DNA from: a virus
Lineage: Duplodnaviria > Heunggongvirae > Uroviricota > Caudoviricetes
Length of the DNA: 21,852 nt
Virus record (IMG/VR): IMGVR_UViG_2690316278_000008
Reading direction: 5' to 3' (one strand)
The translations under genes and the position numbers were made by a program. The notes beneath the pieces are model-generated. The model was not told the DNA's origin. It did not search any database and saw only the letters and a list, made by a program, of their open reading frames with translations. This document shows, piece after piece, positions 9,758 to 17,971 of this stretch (position 1 is the stretch's first letter; each line of letters begins with the position of its first letter).

Positions 9758-10943
9758 GTCGCGTCGTCAGGCGTTCCAGTTTAAAAGCATTATTCAGAAG
9801 GCCGCGGCTGAAGTCGATGTGGAGCTGAAAGGGGGCGATAAAATCATCCTCTCCAACGGCGCAGAGATGCATTTTCTCGGCACTTCTGCTGCGACGGCGC
9901 AATCTTACACGGGCAATTTTTATTTTGATGAATTTTTCTGGGTCAGTCGCTTTGCTGAACTGCGCAAGGTGGCTGGCGCTATGGCAACCCTCAGCGGACT
10001 GCGGCGCACCTGCTTCTCCACGCCATCCACCGAAACGCACGAGGCATACGCCTACTGGAACGGCGACCGCTGGAACGAGAAAAAGGCCGCGCATAAACGC
10101 CAGCGTTTTTCTGTGGACTGGAAAACGCTGCATAACGGGCTTATCTGCCCTGACCGGACGTGGCGGCAAATTGTCACGCTGGAAGATGTGGTTAATCACG
10201 GCTGGAAACACACCGATATTGATGAAATTCGTGATGAAAACACCGAAGACGAGTTCCGCAATCTCTATATGTGTGAGTTTGTCCGCGAAGGGGAATCGGC
10301 ATTTAACCTGAATATCCTGATTGGCTGCGGTGTTGACGGATACGACGACTGGAAAGACTGGAAACCCTTTGCCCCCCGCCCGATGGGGAATCGTCCGGTA
10401 TGGATTGGGTATGACGCAAACGGCAGCAGTGGTAACGGCGACAGCGGCGCTGTGTCCGTGGTGGTTCCTCCGGCTGTTCCTGGTGGTCGTTTCAGAACGG
10501 TGGAGACGCGACGCGTTCAGGGGCTGGAATTTGAAGAGCAGGCCAGAGTTATTGAAGAGTTCACGTATCGCTACAACGTGGAACACATCGGCATTGATGC
10601 GACGGGAGGGCACGGGGATGCCGTCTATCAGATAGTGAAACGGTTTTTTCCCGCCGCCATCCCTTACACCTTCACGCTGTCATCAAAACGGTCGCTGGTA
10701 CTGAAAATGCTGCAAATAATGCGTGCCGGGCGGTGGGAATACGATCGCGCCGAACGCGAGCTGGTTGCGGCCTTTAACGCCGTGCGTAAGGTGAAAACAC
10801 CGGGCGGTTTTATCACTTACGAAACGGACCGCGCGAGGGGGATCAGCCACGGCGACCTTGCGTGGGCAACCATGCTTGCTGTCATTAACGAACCGATTGG
10901 CGGCGAAGGAGAAAACGAGCGTTTCACGGTTATGGAGTTCTGA
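9758..10943 (+). CDS. P: Terminase large (ATPase) subunit, P2 gpP-like; 5' part masked, visible portion given
   Basis: Frame is open from the mask edge at 9758 to TGA 10941-10943. Translation ...GNFYFDEFFWVSRFAELRKVAGAMATLSGLRRTCFSTPSTETHEAYAYWNGDRW...NLYMCEFVREGESAFNL...WIGYDANGSSGNGDSGAVSVVVPP...IGIDATGGHGDAVYQIVKRFFP... is the terminase large-subunit C-terminal nuclease region. True start lies in mask 8951-9757 (about 9170 if P2-sized). Stop overlaps Q start (TGATG). Confidence 0.85.
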
Positions 10944-11989
10944 TGAGCAGAAAAAATAAAAAAGTGCGCATGAGTTCACGCATTGATCTCGCTGATGCGC
11001 TCAGGAAAGAATCGTCGCTCAGTGCATTCACATTTGATGGTCCTTACCGCCTGACCGGGCATGACCTGCTGGACAATATGTACTGTGCTGATAACGGGCG
11101 GTGGTATGAAACCCCGGTGGACTGGTACGGTCTGGCAAGAGCTGCCCGGCAAACGTCCTGGCATCAGTCTGCGCTTTACTTTAAGCGCAATGTATTGCTC
11201 GGCTGCTATATTCCGCACCCGCTGCTTTCCCGGCAGGATTTCTCGGCGCTGGCGCTGGACTGGTTTGTGTTCGGTAACGCATTCCTTGAGCTTCGGAGCA
11301 ATATGCTCGGCGAACCGCTTAAATTACGGCACGCCCTGGCGAAATACATGCGACGCGGAAGCGATCTTGAATCATGGTGGTATGTGCAGGATGGCAAGGA
11401 TGCGTTTCAGTTTCGTCCTGGCAAAGTGTGCCACCTGATGAATCCGGATATTAACCAGGAAATCTACGGCATGCCGGAATATCTTGGCGCATTACTCTCG
11501 GCCAGCCTTTCTCATTCGGCGGACATGTTCAGAAAACTGTACTACGACAACGGATCCCACGCCGGGTGCATCATCTACATCGGTGCAGCGCAGGTAAACC
11601 GCGAAAGCATGGACTCCCTGAAAGAAACGCTACAGGGGGCACGTGGTGGTGGTGCGTTTAAAAACGTGCTCATTCATGCGCCCAACGGGGGCAAAGAGGG
11701 GGTGCAAATTTTGCCGTTCCAGCAGATCACCGCAAAGGATGAGTTCATGAATGTTAAGGCGGCATCCCGTGATGATGTGCTGGCTGCGCACCGCGTTCCG
11801 CCGCAACTGATGGGGGCGATGCCGGGCGAAAAAAGTGCGTTTGGTGATGTGGAGAAGGCCGCGCGGGTTTACGCAATTAACGAGCTGATGCCCGTCATGG
11901 AGGCCATGAAGCACATCAATGACTGGCTTGGCGAAGAGGTGATCCGCTTTAACCCTTACGCACTGTTAGACACCCAGCCCACATCCTGA
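10943..11989 (+). CDS. Q: Portal protein (P2 gpQ-like)
   Basis: 348 aa, fully unmasked, ATG 10943 preceded by GGAG: MSRKNKKVRMSSRIDLADALRKESSLSAFTFDGPYRLTGHDLLDNMYCADNGRWYETPVDWYGLARAARQTSWHQSALYFKRNVLLGCYIPH...; length and content match P2 portal (~344 aa). Confidence 0.9.
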   Translation: MSRKNKKVRMSSRIDLADALRKESSLSAFTFDGPYRLTGHDLLDNMYCADNGRWYETPVDWYGLARAARQTSWHQSALYFKRNVLLGCYIPHPLLSRQDFSALALDWFVFGNAFLELRSNMLGEPLKLRHALAKYMRRGSDLESWWYVQDGKDAFQFRPGKVCHLMNPDINQEIYGMPEYLGALLSASLSHSADMFRKLYYDNGSHAGCIIYIGAAQVNRESMDSLKETLQGARGGGAFKNVLIHAPNGGKEGVQILPFQQITAKDEFMNVKAASRDDVLAAHRVPPQLMGAMPGEKSAFGDVEKAARVYAINELMPVMEAMKHINDWLGEEVIRFNPYALLDTQPTS

Positions 11990-12015
11990 CGCGCTTCGCT
12001 TGTCTGCTGCTTCGC

Positions 12016-12040
12016 CGGGGCATAAAAAATTTATGCCCCG
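12016..12040. terminator. Perfect 25-bp palindrome 27 nt downstream of portal stop (candidate terminator or structured element)
   Basis: cggggcataaa-aaa-tttatgccccg: 11-bp perfect arms. No U-tract follows on either strand, so intrinsic-terminator status is uncertain. Confidence 0.35.
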
Positions 12041-12326
12041 ACTCTCCAGCTCCTGTATCAGTCAGATAATTTCACGACGCTTTCCTGCTGATTGCCATCA
12101 TCGACAGTCAGACTCTTACGCAATCCCACCTCGTTGACTGCATATTCTCGCCGTCTCAGTGCGATTTTGACGGCCTTACCTTTCACCCCATCAAATCAAA
12201 AGCCCTCACGTCTTTTTCACGCTCAGCGTGAGAAATACAGCCATTCTGTTGTATCTCTGCGACATCGTTCAGGGAATGCTATTTACCCCCTGAAACGCGG
12301 GCTGTTCCCCCGTCACCTGCGCGCAG

Positions 12327-12460
12327 AAAAAACGCGTTTTTTTGTGCATGCACGGATCCTTGACGGATCCAGCCGCCACGCGGGCCGGAAGGGCAAAAAG
12401 TCGTTCAAAAAAATTGTGCAAATTTGTGCACTATTGTGCATTTATAAAATCAACTAAAAA
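12327..12460. other. Candidate cos/packaging-recognition region: phased TTGTGCA repeats, A6-CGCG-T7 palindrome, GC-rich block
   Basis: TTGTGCA at 12414-12420, 12424-12430 and 12434-12440 (exact 10-bp phasing) with a fourth copy at 12342-12348; palindromes aaaaaacgcgttttttt (12327-12343) and gtgcatgcac (12345-12354); direct repeat acggatcc (12352-12359, 12363-12370); GC-rich gccgccacgcgggccggaagggc (12372-12394). Lies between convergent Q and the accessory operon, where cos sits on the P2 map. No exact match to the remembered P2 19-nt cohesive end. Confidence 0.25.
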
Positions 12461-12480
12461 ACACCTAGTGTGACTTACCT

Positions 12481-12666
12481 CTACCACTCGATCGGCACGT
12501 AGTCATTAAGTTCCGGAGACCAATTGCACTTTTCACATCTGTGTTTTCCATTCTGGCAGATACATAAACGATAACGGCCACAATGCGGGCACCCATTTTC
12601 ACCATTATCATAATCACCGAGCGACCATTCCTGCATAAGCAGCTCTTCTTCATCATCATTTAGCAT
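12481..12666 (-). CDS. Small Cys-rich zinc-ribbon protein (61 aa), function unknown; third gene of accessory operon
   Basis: ATG 12666 preceded by GGGGG; MLNDDEEELLMQEWSLGDYDNGENGCPHCGRYRLCICQNGKHRCEKCNWSPELNDYVPIEW has six Cys (CxxC...CxC...CxxC) and an acidic N-terminus. Starts 14 nt after the previous gene's stop. Not recognised as Ogr or any known family. Confidence 0.55.
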   Translation of the reverse strand: MLNDDEEELLMQEWSLGDYDNGENGCPHCGRYRLCICQNGKHRCEKCNWSPELNDYVPIEW

Positions 12667-12680
12667 TAATCCCCCTTGAG

Positions 12681-12920
12681 CTATTTACTCTTCTCGGCCC
12701 TCAAAATCATACGAGAACCATCATCCAGCTCCCAATTAATTTCACCGCCTTCTGCCATGACTAGATGCCAAACGAGTTGAGCGGCCTCGTTGGTTACATC
12801 GCGACCGCGATCATTTCCTACGCGGCGTTTTGTTCCGTCTCCTAAGTCACGCATTTTTGCCAATACGATGGTTTTTGATAGCGGTGAAAAACCAAGCTGT
12901 AGTCGTGCTGAATTACTCAC
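12681..12920 (-). CDS. Hypothetical protein (79 aa); second gene of accessory operon
   Basis: GTG 12920 overlaps the upstream gene's TGA (GTGA) and is preceded by GGGGG; an in-frame ATG 63 nt downstream is an alternative start. MSNSARLQLGFSPLSKTIVLAKMRDLGDGTKRRVGNDRGRDVTNEAAQLVWHLVMAEGGEINWELDDGSRMILRAEKSK. No recognisable motif. Confidence 0.5.
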   Translation of the reverse strand: MSNSARLQLGFSPLSKTIVLAKMRDLGDGTKRRVGNDRGRDVTNEAAQLVWHLVMAEGGEINWELDDGSRMILRAEKSK

Positions 12921-13441
12921 TGGCTGCCCCCTTTGTACTGTGTTAACTCTTCCTGCTCCTGCATCATGCGATTGACCTGAACGCGTGTGCGTCGAACGGC
13001 AAAATTAAATTGAAACATGAGCCGGAACATTTCTGATGCTTCCGTGTGAGCATCACGGATAGGTGACAGGCGGTACAGTTCTGCCTCCGTAGCTTGTTGA
13101 ATCAATGACAGATCAAATTGAAGTGCGGGTCTGGTACATTTTGCACATCTGGCAGCAAGCTCCGGTATTAGTCTCTTAACGAAGGTGTTTTGCACCGCTT
13201 TGTTGATTTGTGTCTGCATCCAAATCGCAAATTTCAGCGAACGCATAAGTTTGATAGCCTCGGGCAGCGGCAGATAGATCATGCTGGTAGATTTGGGTGG
13301 TTGGTGAACCATCTTCACGGATACGCGATTTCGCAGCGTTCGGAAAATCGTGTTCCCAACAACAGCTTCTACGGATACAGGACAGGGAGCCAGACCAGCC
13401 CGCAGTGCTTCTTTCATTAGCATGTATTCGTATTTTTTCAT
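12917..13441 (-). CDS. Hypothetical protein (174 aa); first gene of accessory operon
   Basis: ATG 13441 preceded by GAGGA; MKKYEYMLMKEALRAGLAPCPVSVEAVVGNTIFRTLRNRVSVKMVHQPPKSTSMIYLPLPEAIKLMRSLKFAIWMQ...LAARCAKCTRPALQFDL...RLMFQFNFAVRRTRVQVNRMMQEQEELTQYKGGSQ. No Walker or nuclease motif seen. Fully unmasked; lies 60 nt downstream of parR on the same strand. Confidence 0.6.
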   Translation of the reverse strand: MKKYEYMLMKEALRAGLAPCPVSVEAVVGNTIFRTLRNRVSVKMVHQPPKSTSMIYLPLPEAIKLMRSLKFAIWMQTQINKAVQNTFVKRLIPELAARCAKCTRPALQFDLSLIQQATEAELYRLSPIRDAHTEASEMFRLMFQFNFAVRRTRVQVNRMMQEQEELTQYKGGSQ

Positions 13442-13501
13442 CGTGTTTTCCTCGTGCGGGGCGACAGTGCACCCCGATAAAATTAAAAGCCGTCAAATTC
13501 G

Positions 13502-13813
13502 TCATTCAGGAAATAATGCCCGGATATTCCCTGCTATCTGACTGGTTATCTGTGCGGTTGGTACTGGCTGTGGCACGGGGCGTTCTGTCCTGGTTTGTGT
13601 CACCGATAACGCCTCATCGTCAGCCCATGCAGCCAGTCGGTAAGCCTCTGCTGGATTCATTTTCAGAAGTGCCAGCCCGGCCAGAAAAGCCACGCGTTGG
13701 CCGCTTTTGCGGGCTTCTGGTGTAAGGCTGCCCAGCCAGGCGCATGCTTCGCTTTCGTTCTTGACGGCCGCAGGCTTCAGATAGAAACTTATCCGTCTGG
13801 TTGGTGTCGTCAT
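13502..13813 (-). CDS. parR: ParR-like centromere-binding adaptor (type II partition, RHH family)
   Basis: Proposed start ATG 13813 (AAGGAG upstream, 7 nt after parM stop): MTTPTRRISFYLKPAAVKNESEACAWLGSLTPEARKSGQRVAFLAGLALLKMNPAEAYRLAAW...IAGNIRALFPE. Resembles plasmid R1 ParR (RRTIAFKLNP...RAALTAGLALY...RSLFPKE). The track's longer ORF from 13948 overlaps parM and is rejected. Confidence 0.6.
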   Translation of the reverse strand: MTTPTRRISFYLKPAAVKNESEACAWLGSLTPEARKSGQRVAFLAGLALLKMNPAEAYRLAAWADDEALSVTQTRTERPVPQPVPTAQITSQIAGNIRALFPE

Positions 13814-13817
13814 TGGT

Positions 13818-14777
13818 TTACTCCTTGTCCATTGCGTACAGCCCATTAACCAGAGCAAACTGTGGCACCCCGTCCGCGATGAAAGTCGCATTAACTCCGC
13901 AGGCTTCGCGGATAGCGGGTGCCACAATCTCCGCCCCTCCACCGACAACCATCACCCGCCCGTAACCCGAAAAACCCGCCAGCGCGCGGATCACGCGTTG
14001 TTTCAGTGTTTCTTCCTTTTCACGAATAACCGCCATCAGGCTGGCGTAATGCGCGTCATTGTGGATGTGCTGGCGCAGCCAGGCTTCATCATGGCGATGT
14101 TCGATAATGGTATTGGCGATGTGGTGACTGGTGCGCATACCGTTAGTGGCCATCACCGACAGTACGGCATCGGCCATCAGAGAAACGCCTACGTGTGGAT
14201 CGCAAAACACCTGGCTGATACCTGCCAGTTGCCCCTGAACCTTTGCCACATCCAGCGTGGTTCCGCCCAAATCCACAATCAGCAGGGATTCAAACGGACT
14301 CATGTCAGCCAGTGCCTTAAAGCCAGCCGGAATGGATTCAGGCATAACCCGCACGTTACGGATAGTGAATGCTTCGCCGTTCTGGTACTCCACCGGGCGC
14401 ATAACGTTCGCTTTTTTGCGGTTGATGTTGGCCATGTCCGGCTGTGCGTTTGTGTCGAAATACTCGCTCAGTGGCAGGGTGACAACCACATCCACCTCCT
14501 GTGGCGTGATGCCTGATTTGACCAGCGCGTGATGAATGGCAATGACATTTACATCGCTGTACTGGTATTGCGTGTCGGTTGTCTGGACAAAGCGATCGCT
14601 GACCGGATCAAAACCATAGCGCACGCCATCAAGCATGTAGTTCGCGGGCTGCATGCCACCGAACGGCGCAGACCATTCCGACTTGAAGCTGTTCGGGCTG
14701 ATGGCGTTGCGGCGTTCGCCGTTCTCAGTCCATGCCAGCTTGATGTTGGTGGAGCCGTCGTCGATACAAATTTTCAT
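13818..14777 (-). CDS. parM: ParM/StbA-like actin-type segregation ATPase (type II partition)
   Basis: 319 aa, fully unmasked, ATG 14777 preceded by AGGAA: MKICIDDGSTNIKLAWTENGERRNAISPNSFKSEWSAPFGGMQ...VNVIAIHHALVKSGITPQEVDVVVTLPLSEYFD...VMPESIPAGFKAL...LLIVDLGGTTLDVAKVQGQLAGISQVFCDPHVGVS...VMVVGGGAEIVAPAIRE...ALVNGLYAMDKE. Resembles plasmid R1 ParM (MLVFIDDGSTNIKLQW..., 320 aa), including the phosphate-binding DDGSTNIK and DLGGTTLD motifs. Confidence 0.85.
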   Translation of the reverse strand: MKICIDDGSTNIKLAWTENGERRNAISPNSFKSEWSAPFGGMQPANYMLDGVRYGFDPVSDRFVQTTDTQYQYSDVNVIAIHHALVKSGITPQEVDVVVTLPLSEYFDTNAQPDMANINRKKANVMRPVEYQNGEAFTIRNVRVMPESIPAGFKALADMSPFESLLIVDLGGTTLDVAKVQGQLAGISQVFCDPHVGVSLMADAVLSVMATNGMRTSHHIANTIIEHRHDEAWLRQHIHNDAHYASLMAVIREKEETLKQRVIRALAGFSGYGRVMVVGGGAEIVAPAIREACGVNATFIADGVPQFALVNGLYAMDKE

Positions 14778-14808
14778 GTCGCTTTTCCTTATGTTGATTA
14801 ATTAATCG

Positions 14809-14920
14809 TTTACGGGATTCTGAAATCCCGTTTTTGCCTGTTTTGTGCGCGCTTCATATATCGCTGCGCGTTTTTTGCTCATTTACGGGATTCGTGAGTC
14901 CCGTTTCTGTCTGTTTTTTG
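14809..14920. repeat. Two ~39-bp direct repeats, each with a hairpin-forming palindrome, upstream of parM (candidate parC centromere/operator)
   Basis: Repeat A 14809-14847 tttacgggattctgaaatcccgtttttgcctgttttgtg (perfect 8-bp palindrome acgggatt/aatcccgt, 14812-14831); repeat B 14882-14920 tttacgggattcgtgagtcccgtttctgtctgttttttg (6-bp arms, 14885-14904); about 33/39 identical. Repeat A begins 32 bp upstream of the parM ATG and overlaps a plausible promoter (TTCAGA ... TAATTA). Confidence 0.4.
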
Positions 14921-15028
14921 TTTCCACTGGTCAGGCCACCCCGCAGCAGGTCTGCTTTGCGGCGGGCGCGTTCAGTGGTTTCACTGATTCTCTGTGCGTG
15001 CTCTGCGTCGCGGATGGCGCGCAGCATG

Positions 15029-17965
15029 TCAGAAAGCACGGTAACGGGTGTTTTCATGGTGTTCTGGTCCTGCTGAAGTGTGGATGCCAGGCGTGNGTGC
15101 GGCGGCTTCAGGGTCTGATGCCCCCAGCTGTGTCAGATAGCTGGCGACCGGGTTATGGCGGATCTCCGTGCTGCTTACGCCATGATTACGGCTCAGGCGC
15201 TGCCAGAGCTGCGTGATTCGGCTGTCCGGGCGGGTATCCGGTTTGCGTACAATTTCAAATCCCTGCGGTGCAATGATGCTGCCGTCAACGTACAGACTGC
15301 CGCCCCGTAACAGGTGCTGCATCTGTTGTTCACCGATATGCAGGCCGAGAGATTCAGCAGACTCCCGCCATTCTTTAGCGAGTAATTCGTGGTTATCAGG
15401 CAAAGGCCGCTGCTGTTTGCGGCTCTGTGTCCAGCTCTGCATTTCATCACTGCTGTTTTTTGCCTGTTTGTCACGAAGCGAACGCATCAGCGCCCGGCGT
15501 TCGTGCCGTTTCAGTGAGCGCATCCATTCATCCACATCAACGCCGTCAGGGAGCTGCGGCCACGGTGCTGGCCGTTCTTCCGGCTGTTCTGTCCCGTTGT
15601 TGTCCGTTTCCTGTACACGGGGACAGTTATTGCCACGAGTCCAAGGGGCGGCAGGGCCGCCCTGAAGGTCAAAACCATTTTCGCGGGCGCTGTCTTCCGC
15701 TTCCGGTTTGCGTCTTACCAGCNNNNNNNNNNNNNNNNNNNNNNNNNNNNNNNNNNNNNNNNNNNNNNNNNNNNNNNNNNNNNNNNNNNNNNNNNNNNNN
15801 NNNNNNNNNNNNNNNNNNNNNNNNNNNNNNNNNNNNNNNNNNNNNNNNNNNNNNNNNNNNNNNNNNNNNNNNNNNNNNNNNNNNNNNNNNNNNNNNNNNN
15901 NNNNNNNNNNNNNNNNNNNNNNNNNNNNNNNNNNNNNNNNNNNNNNNNNNNNNNNNNNNNNNNNNNNNNNNNNNNNNNNNNNNNNNNNNNNNNNNNNNNN
16001 NNNNNNNNNNNNNNNNNNNNNNNNNNNNNNNNNNNNNNNNNNNNNNNNNNNNNNNNNNNNNNNNNNNNNNNNNNNNNNNNNNNNNNNNNNNNNNNNNNNN
16101 NNNNNNNNNNNNNNNCTTCAGCCGTTGCGGGCCTTCCGGGTTGCGTGCCATCTGGCTGGCAAGGCGGCGCAGTTCACGCCATACCTGGCGGGAGGGGATG
16201 CCAAAGAACTGGAACTGGCGGACCCGGTGAAGGCGCGCCCAGCCGATGGCGCGTTCCACGCTCTCGGCCATTGATTTTCCGGTTTCGTGGTCAACGCGTG
16301 GCTTGCCCGTTTTCGGGTCGATGCCATCCACGGCGCGGCTGTCCAGGTTTTTCCCGATGTAGGTGGCGATGTAGCTGGTTGGCGTGCCTTTTGAGCCGTC
16401 TACATACTCCGCCTTAAAGCGCGGAGTTATGTCATCGCCCAGCTCGTGACGATCTTCCTGAATGGCAATATCGCGGGTGTGGGACACAATGGTGTCGATT
16501 TCTTCCGGATGAGCAAAGACCATCATATGCCAGTGCACGGTGCCGTCATGGTGAGGCTCCGCCGTGCGGATGCCATACCAGCGCAGGCCGTCGCGGTTCA
16601 GTTTTTTGCGGACCGTCGCAAAAAACGTGTTAACCAGGTAATCGCTGGAGTCGCGCATTGTGGCCCCGTTCCATTTGGGATTCGGATGACCGTTCTCCGT
16701 TGTGGCGTGGTATTTTGACGGGCAGGTGACAGTCAGAAACACCGCTTTGTCGCCACGGGCTTCGGCCAGAAGTTCCAGCCCCTTCATGGTGGCCATCATT
16801 TCTGCCTTACGGTGAACCGGGTTACTTACTCCCGCGTAATACACCGTCTCGAGATCAATCGTGAACCCGTCTTCATTTTCCAGCATGAAACTTTTCAGGA
16901 AATCGCGTGTTTTCTCGCGCTGTGCGCGAAACTCGCTTAACGCGTCCTGGCTCAGATAGGGCGATGTTTTTCTGGAAACCAGACAGGCGGCGCGAAGTTG
17001 TTCTTCTCTCCACTCGCAACGTAACAGCCACAGTTTGCGTTTCCANNNNNNNNNNNNNNNNNNNNNNNNNNNNNNNNNNNNNNNNNNNNNNNNNNNNNNN
17101 NNNNNNNNNNNNNNNNNNNNNNNNNNNNNNNNNNNNNNNNNNNNNNNNNNNNNNNNNNNNNNNNNNNNNNNNNNNNNNNNNNNNNNNNNNNNNNNNNNNN
17201 NNNNNNNNNNNNNNNNNNNNNNNNNNNNNNNNNNNNTGTAACGCCATGCGGGCCAGCATCTGATACGCCTTCAGCGTTACATCCATGNNNNNNNNNNNNN
17301 NNNNNNNNNNNNNNNNNNNNNNNNNNNNNNNNNNNNNNNNNNNNNNNNNNNNNNNNNNNNNNNNNNNNNNNNNNNNNNNNNNNNNNNNNNNNNNNNNNNN
17401 NNNNNNNNNNNNNNNNNNNNNNNNNNNNNNNNNNNNNNNNNNNNNNNNNNNNNNNNNNNNNNNNNNNNNNNNNNNNNNNNNNNNNNNNNNNNNNNNNNNN
17501 NNNNNNNNNNNNNNNNNNNNNNNNNNNNNNNNNNNNNNNNNNNNNNNNNNNNNNNNNNNNNNNNNNNNNNNNNNNNNNNNNNNNNNNNNNNNNNNNNNNN
17601 NNNNNNNNNNNNNNNNNNNNNNNNNNNNNNNNNNNNNGGCGAATAAGCGGATCGCGCAGATAGGACGGCAGCAGGCGCAGCGAGGCCATGGCTTCATCCA
17701 CCGCGCCGCGTGCCTGTTTTCTGGCGTCTCCTGCCAGTGTGATGGTTTTGTCCTGTTTTTCCTGTGCGTCCAGGCTTTTATTAATCAGGTTGCCCAGTGG
17801 CGTGGCGGAGAACGCCGCATCAGCCATTTCCTGGCGGCGCTCGTTCTCTGCCCGGTGGGCATCCAGCCAGGAGGAAAGCGCGGATTCAGGAGCGGGGATC
17901 CCCGTTCCTTCACGCCCCACTGCGTGGCGCGGTTGTTGCCAGTCCCTGATGTACTCTGCCGTCAT
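15029..17965 (-). CDS. A: Replication initiation endonuclease, P2 gpA-like (HUH rolling-circle initiator); interior partly masked
   Basis: ATG 17965. Block 16116-17045 translates ...LRWYGIRTAEPHHDGTVHWHMMVFAHPEEIDTIVSHTRDIAIQED...SYIATYIGKNLD..., containing the HUH motif (HWHMMVF) of P2 A-type initiators. After mask 15723-16115 one frame stays open from 15722 to TGA 15031-15029, so the four track ORFs in this interval are treated as one gene broken by non-frame-preserving masks. Nominal span is longer than P2 A (~761 aa); length is uncertain. Single n at 15096. Confidence 0.75.
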
Positions 17966-17971
17966 AGTGAT

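Noticed and set aside
8714-10613. ORFs 8714..9784 (+) and 8928..10613 (-)
   Set aside because: Both pass through mask 8951-9757; the minus one is antisense to terminase P, and the plus one is out of frame with the P C-terminal region.
12372-12394. Exact match to the P2/186 19-nt cohesive end
   Set aside because: The GC-rich block is only loosely similar to the remembered P2 cos sequence in either orientation; cos is proposed by position and repeat structure only.
12092-12457. 121-aa plus-strand ORF in the region after Q
   Set aside because: Low-complexity basic translation, no RBS, and it runs across the palindromes and phased repeats; region interpreted as non-coding cos-like DNA.
12452-12475. 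Possible intrinsic terminator after the zinc-ribbon gene (short hairpin plus T6 on the minus strand)
   Set aside because: Stem is only 4-5 bp (cacac/gtgt); the T-run is convincing but the hairpin is too weak.
12465-12659. 64-aa minus-strand ORF overlapping the zinc-ribbon gene
   Set aside because: Alternative frame of gene 12481..12666 with Met/Ile-rich low-complexity translation; the zinc-ribbon frame has the RBS and the regular Cys pattern.
13442-13501. Short GC hairpin (cgggg-N10-ccccg) between parR and the accessory operon
   Set aside because: Only a 5-bp stem with a 10-nt loop and no U-tract; too weak to call a terminator or attenuator.
14854-15057. 67-aa minus-strand ORF (MKTPVTVLSDMLRAIRDAEHAQRISE...) between A and parM
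   Set aside because: Overlaps the last 29 nt of A and reads through repeat B, with only a weak RBS. Kept as an alternative in the repeat finding, not annotated.
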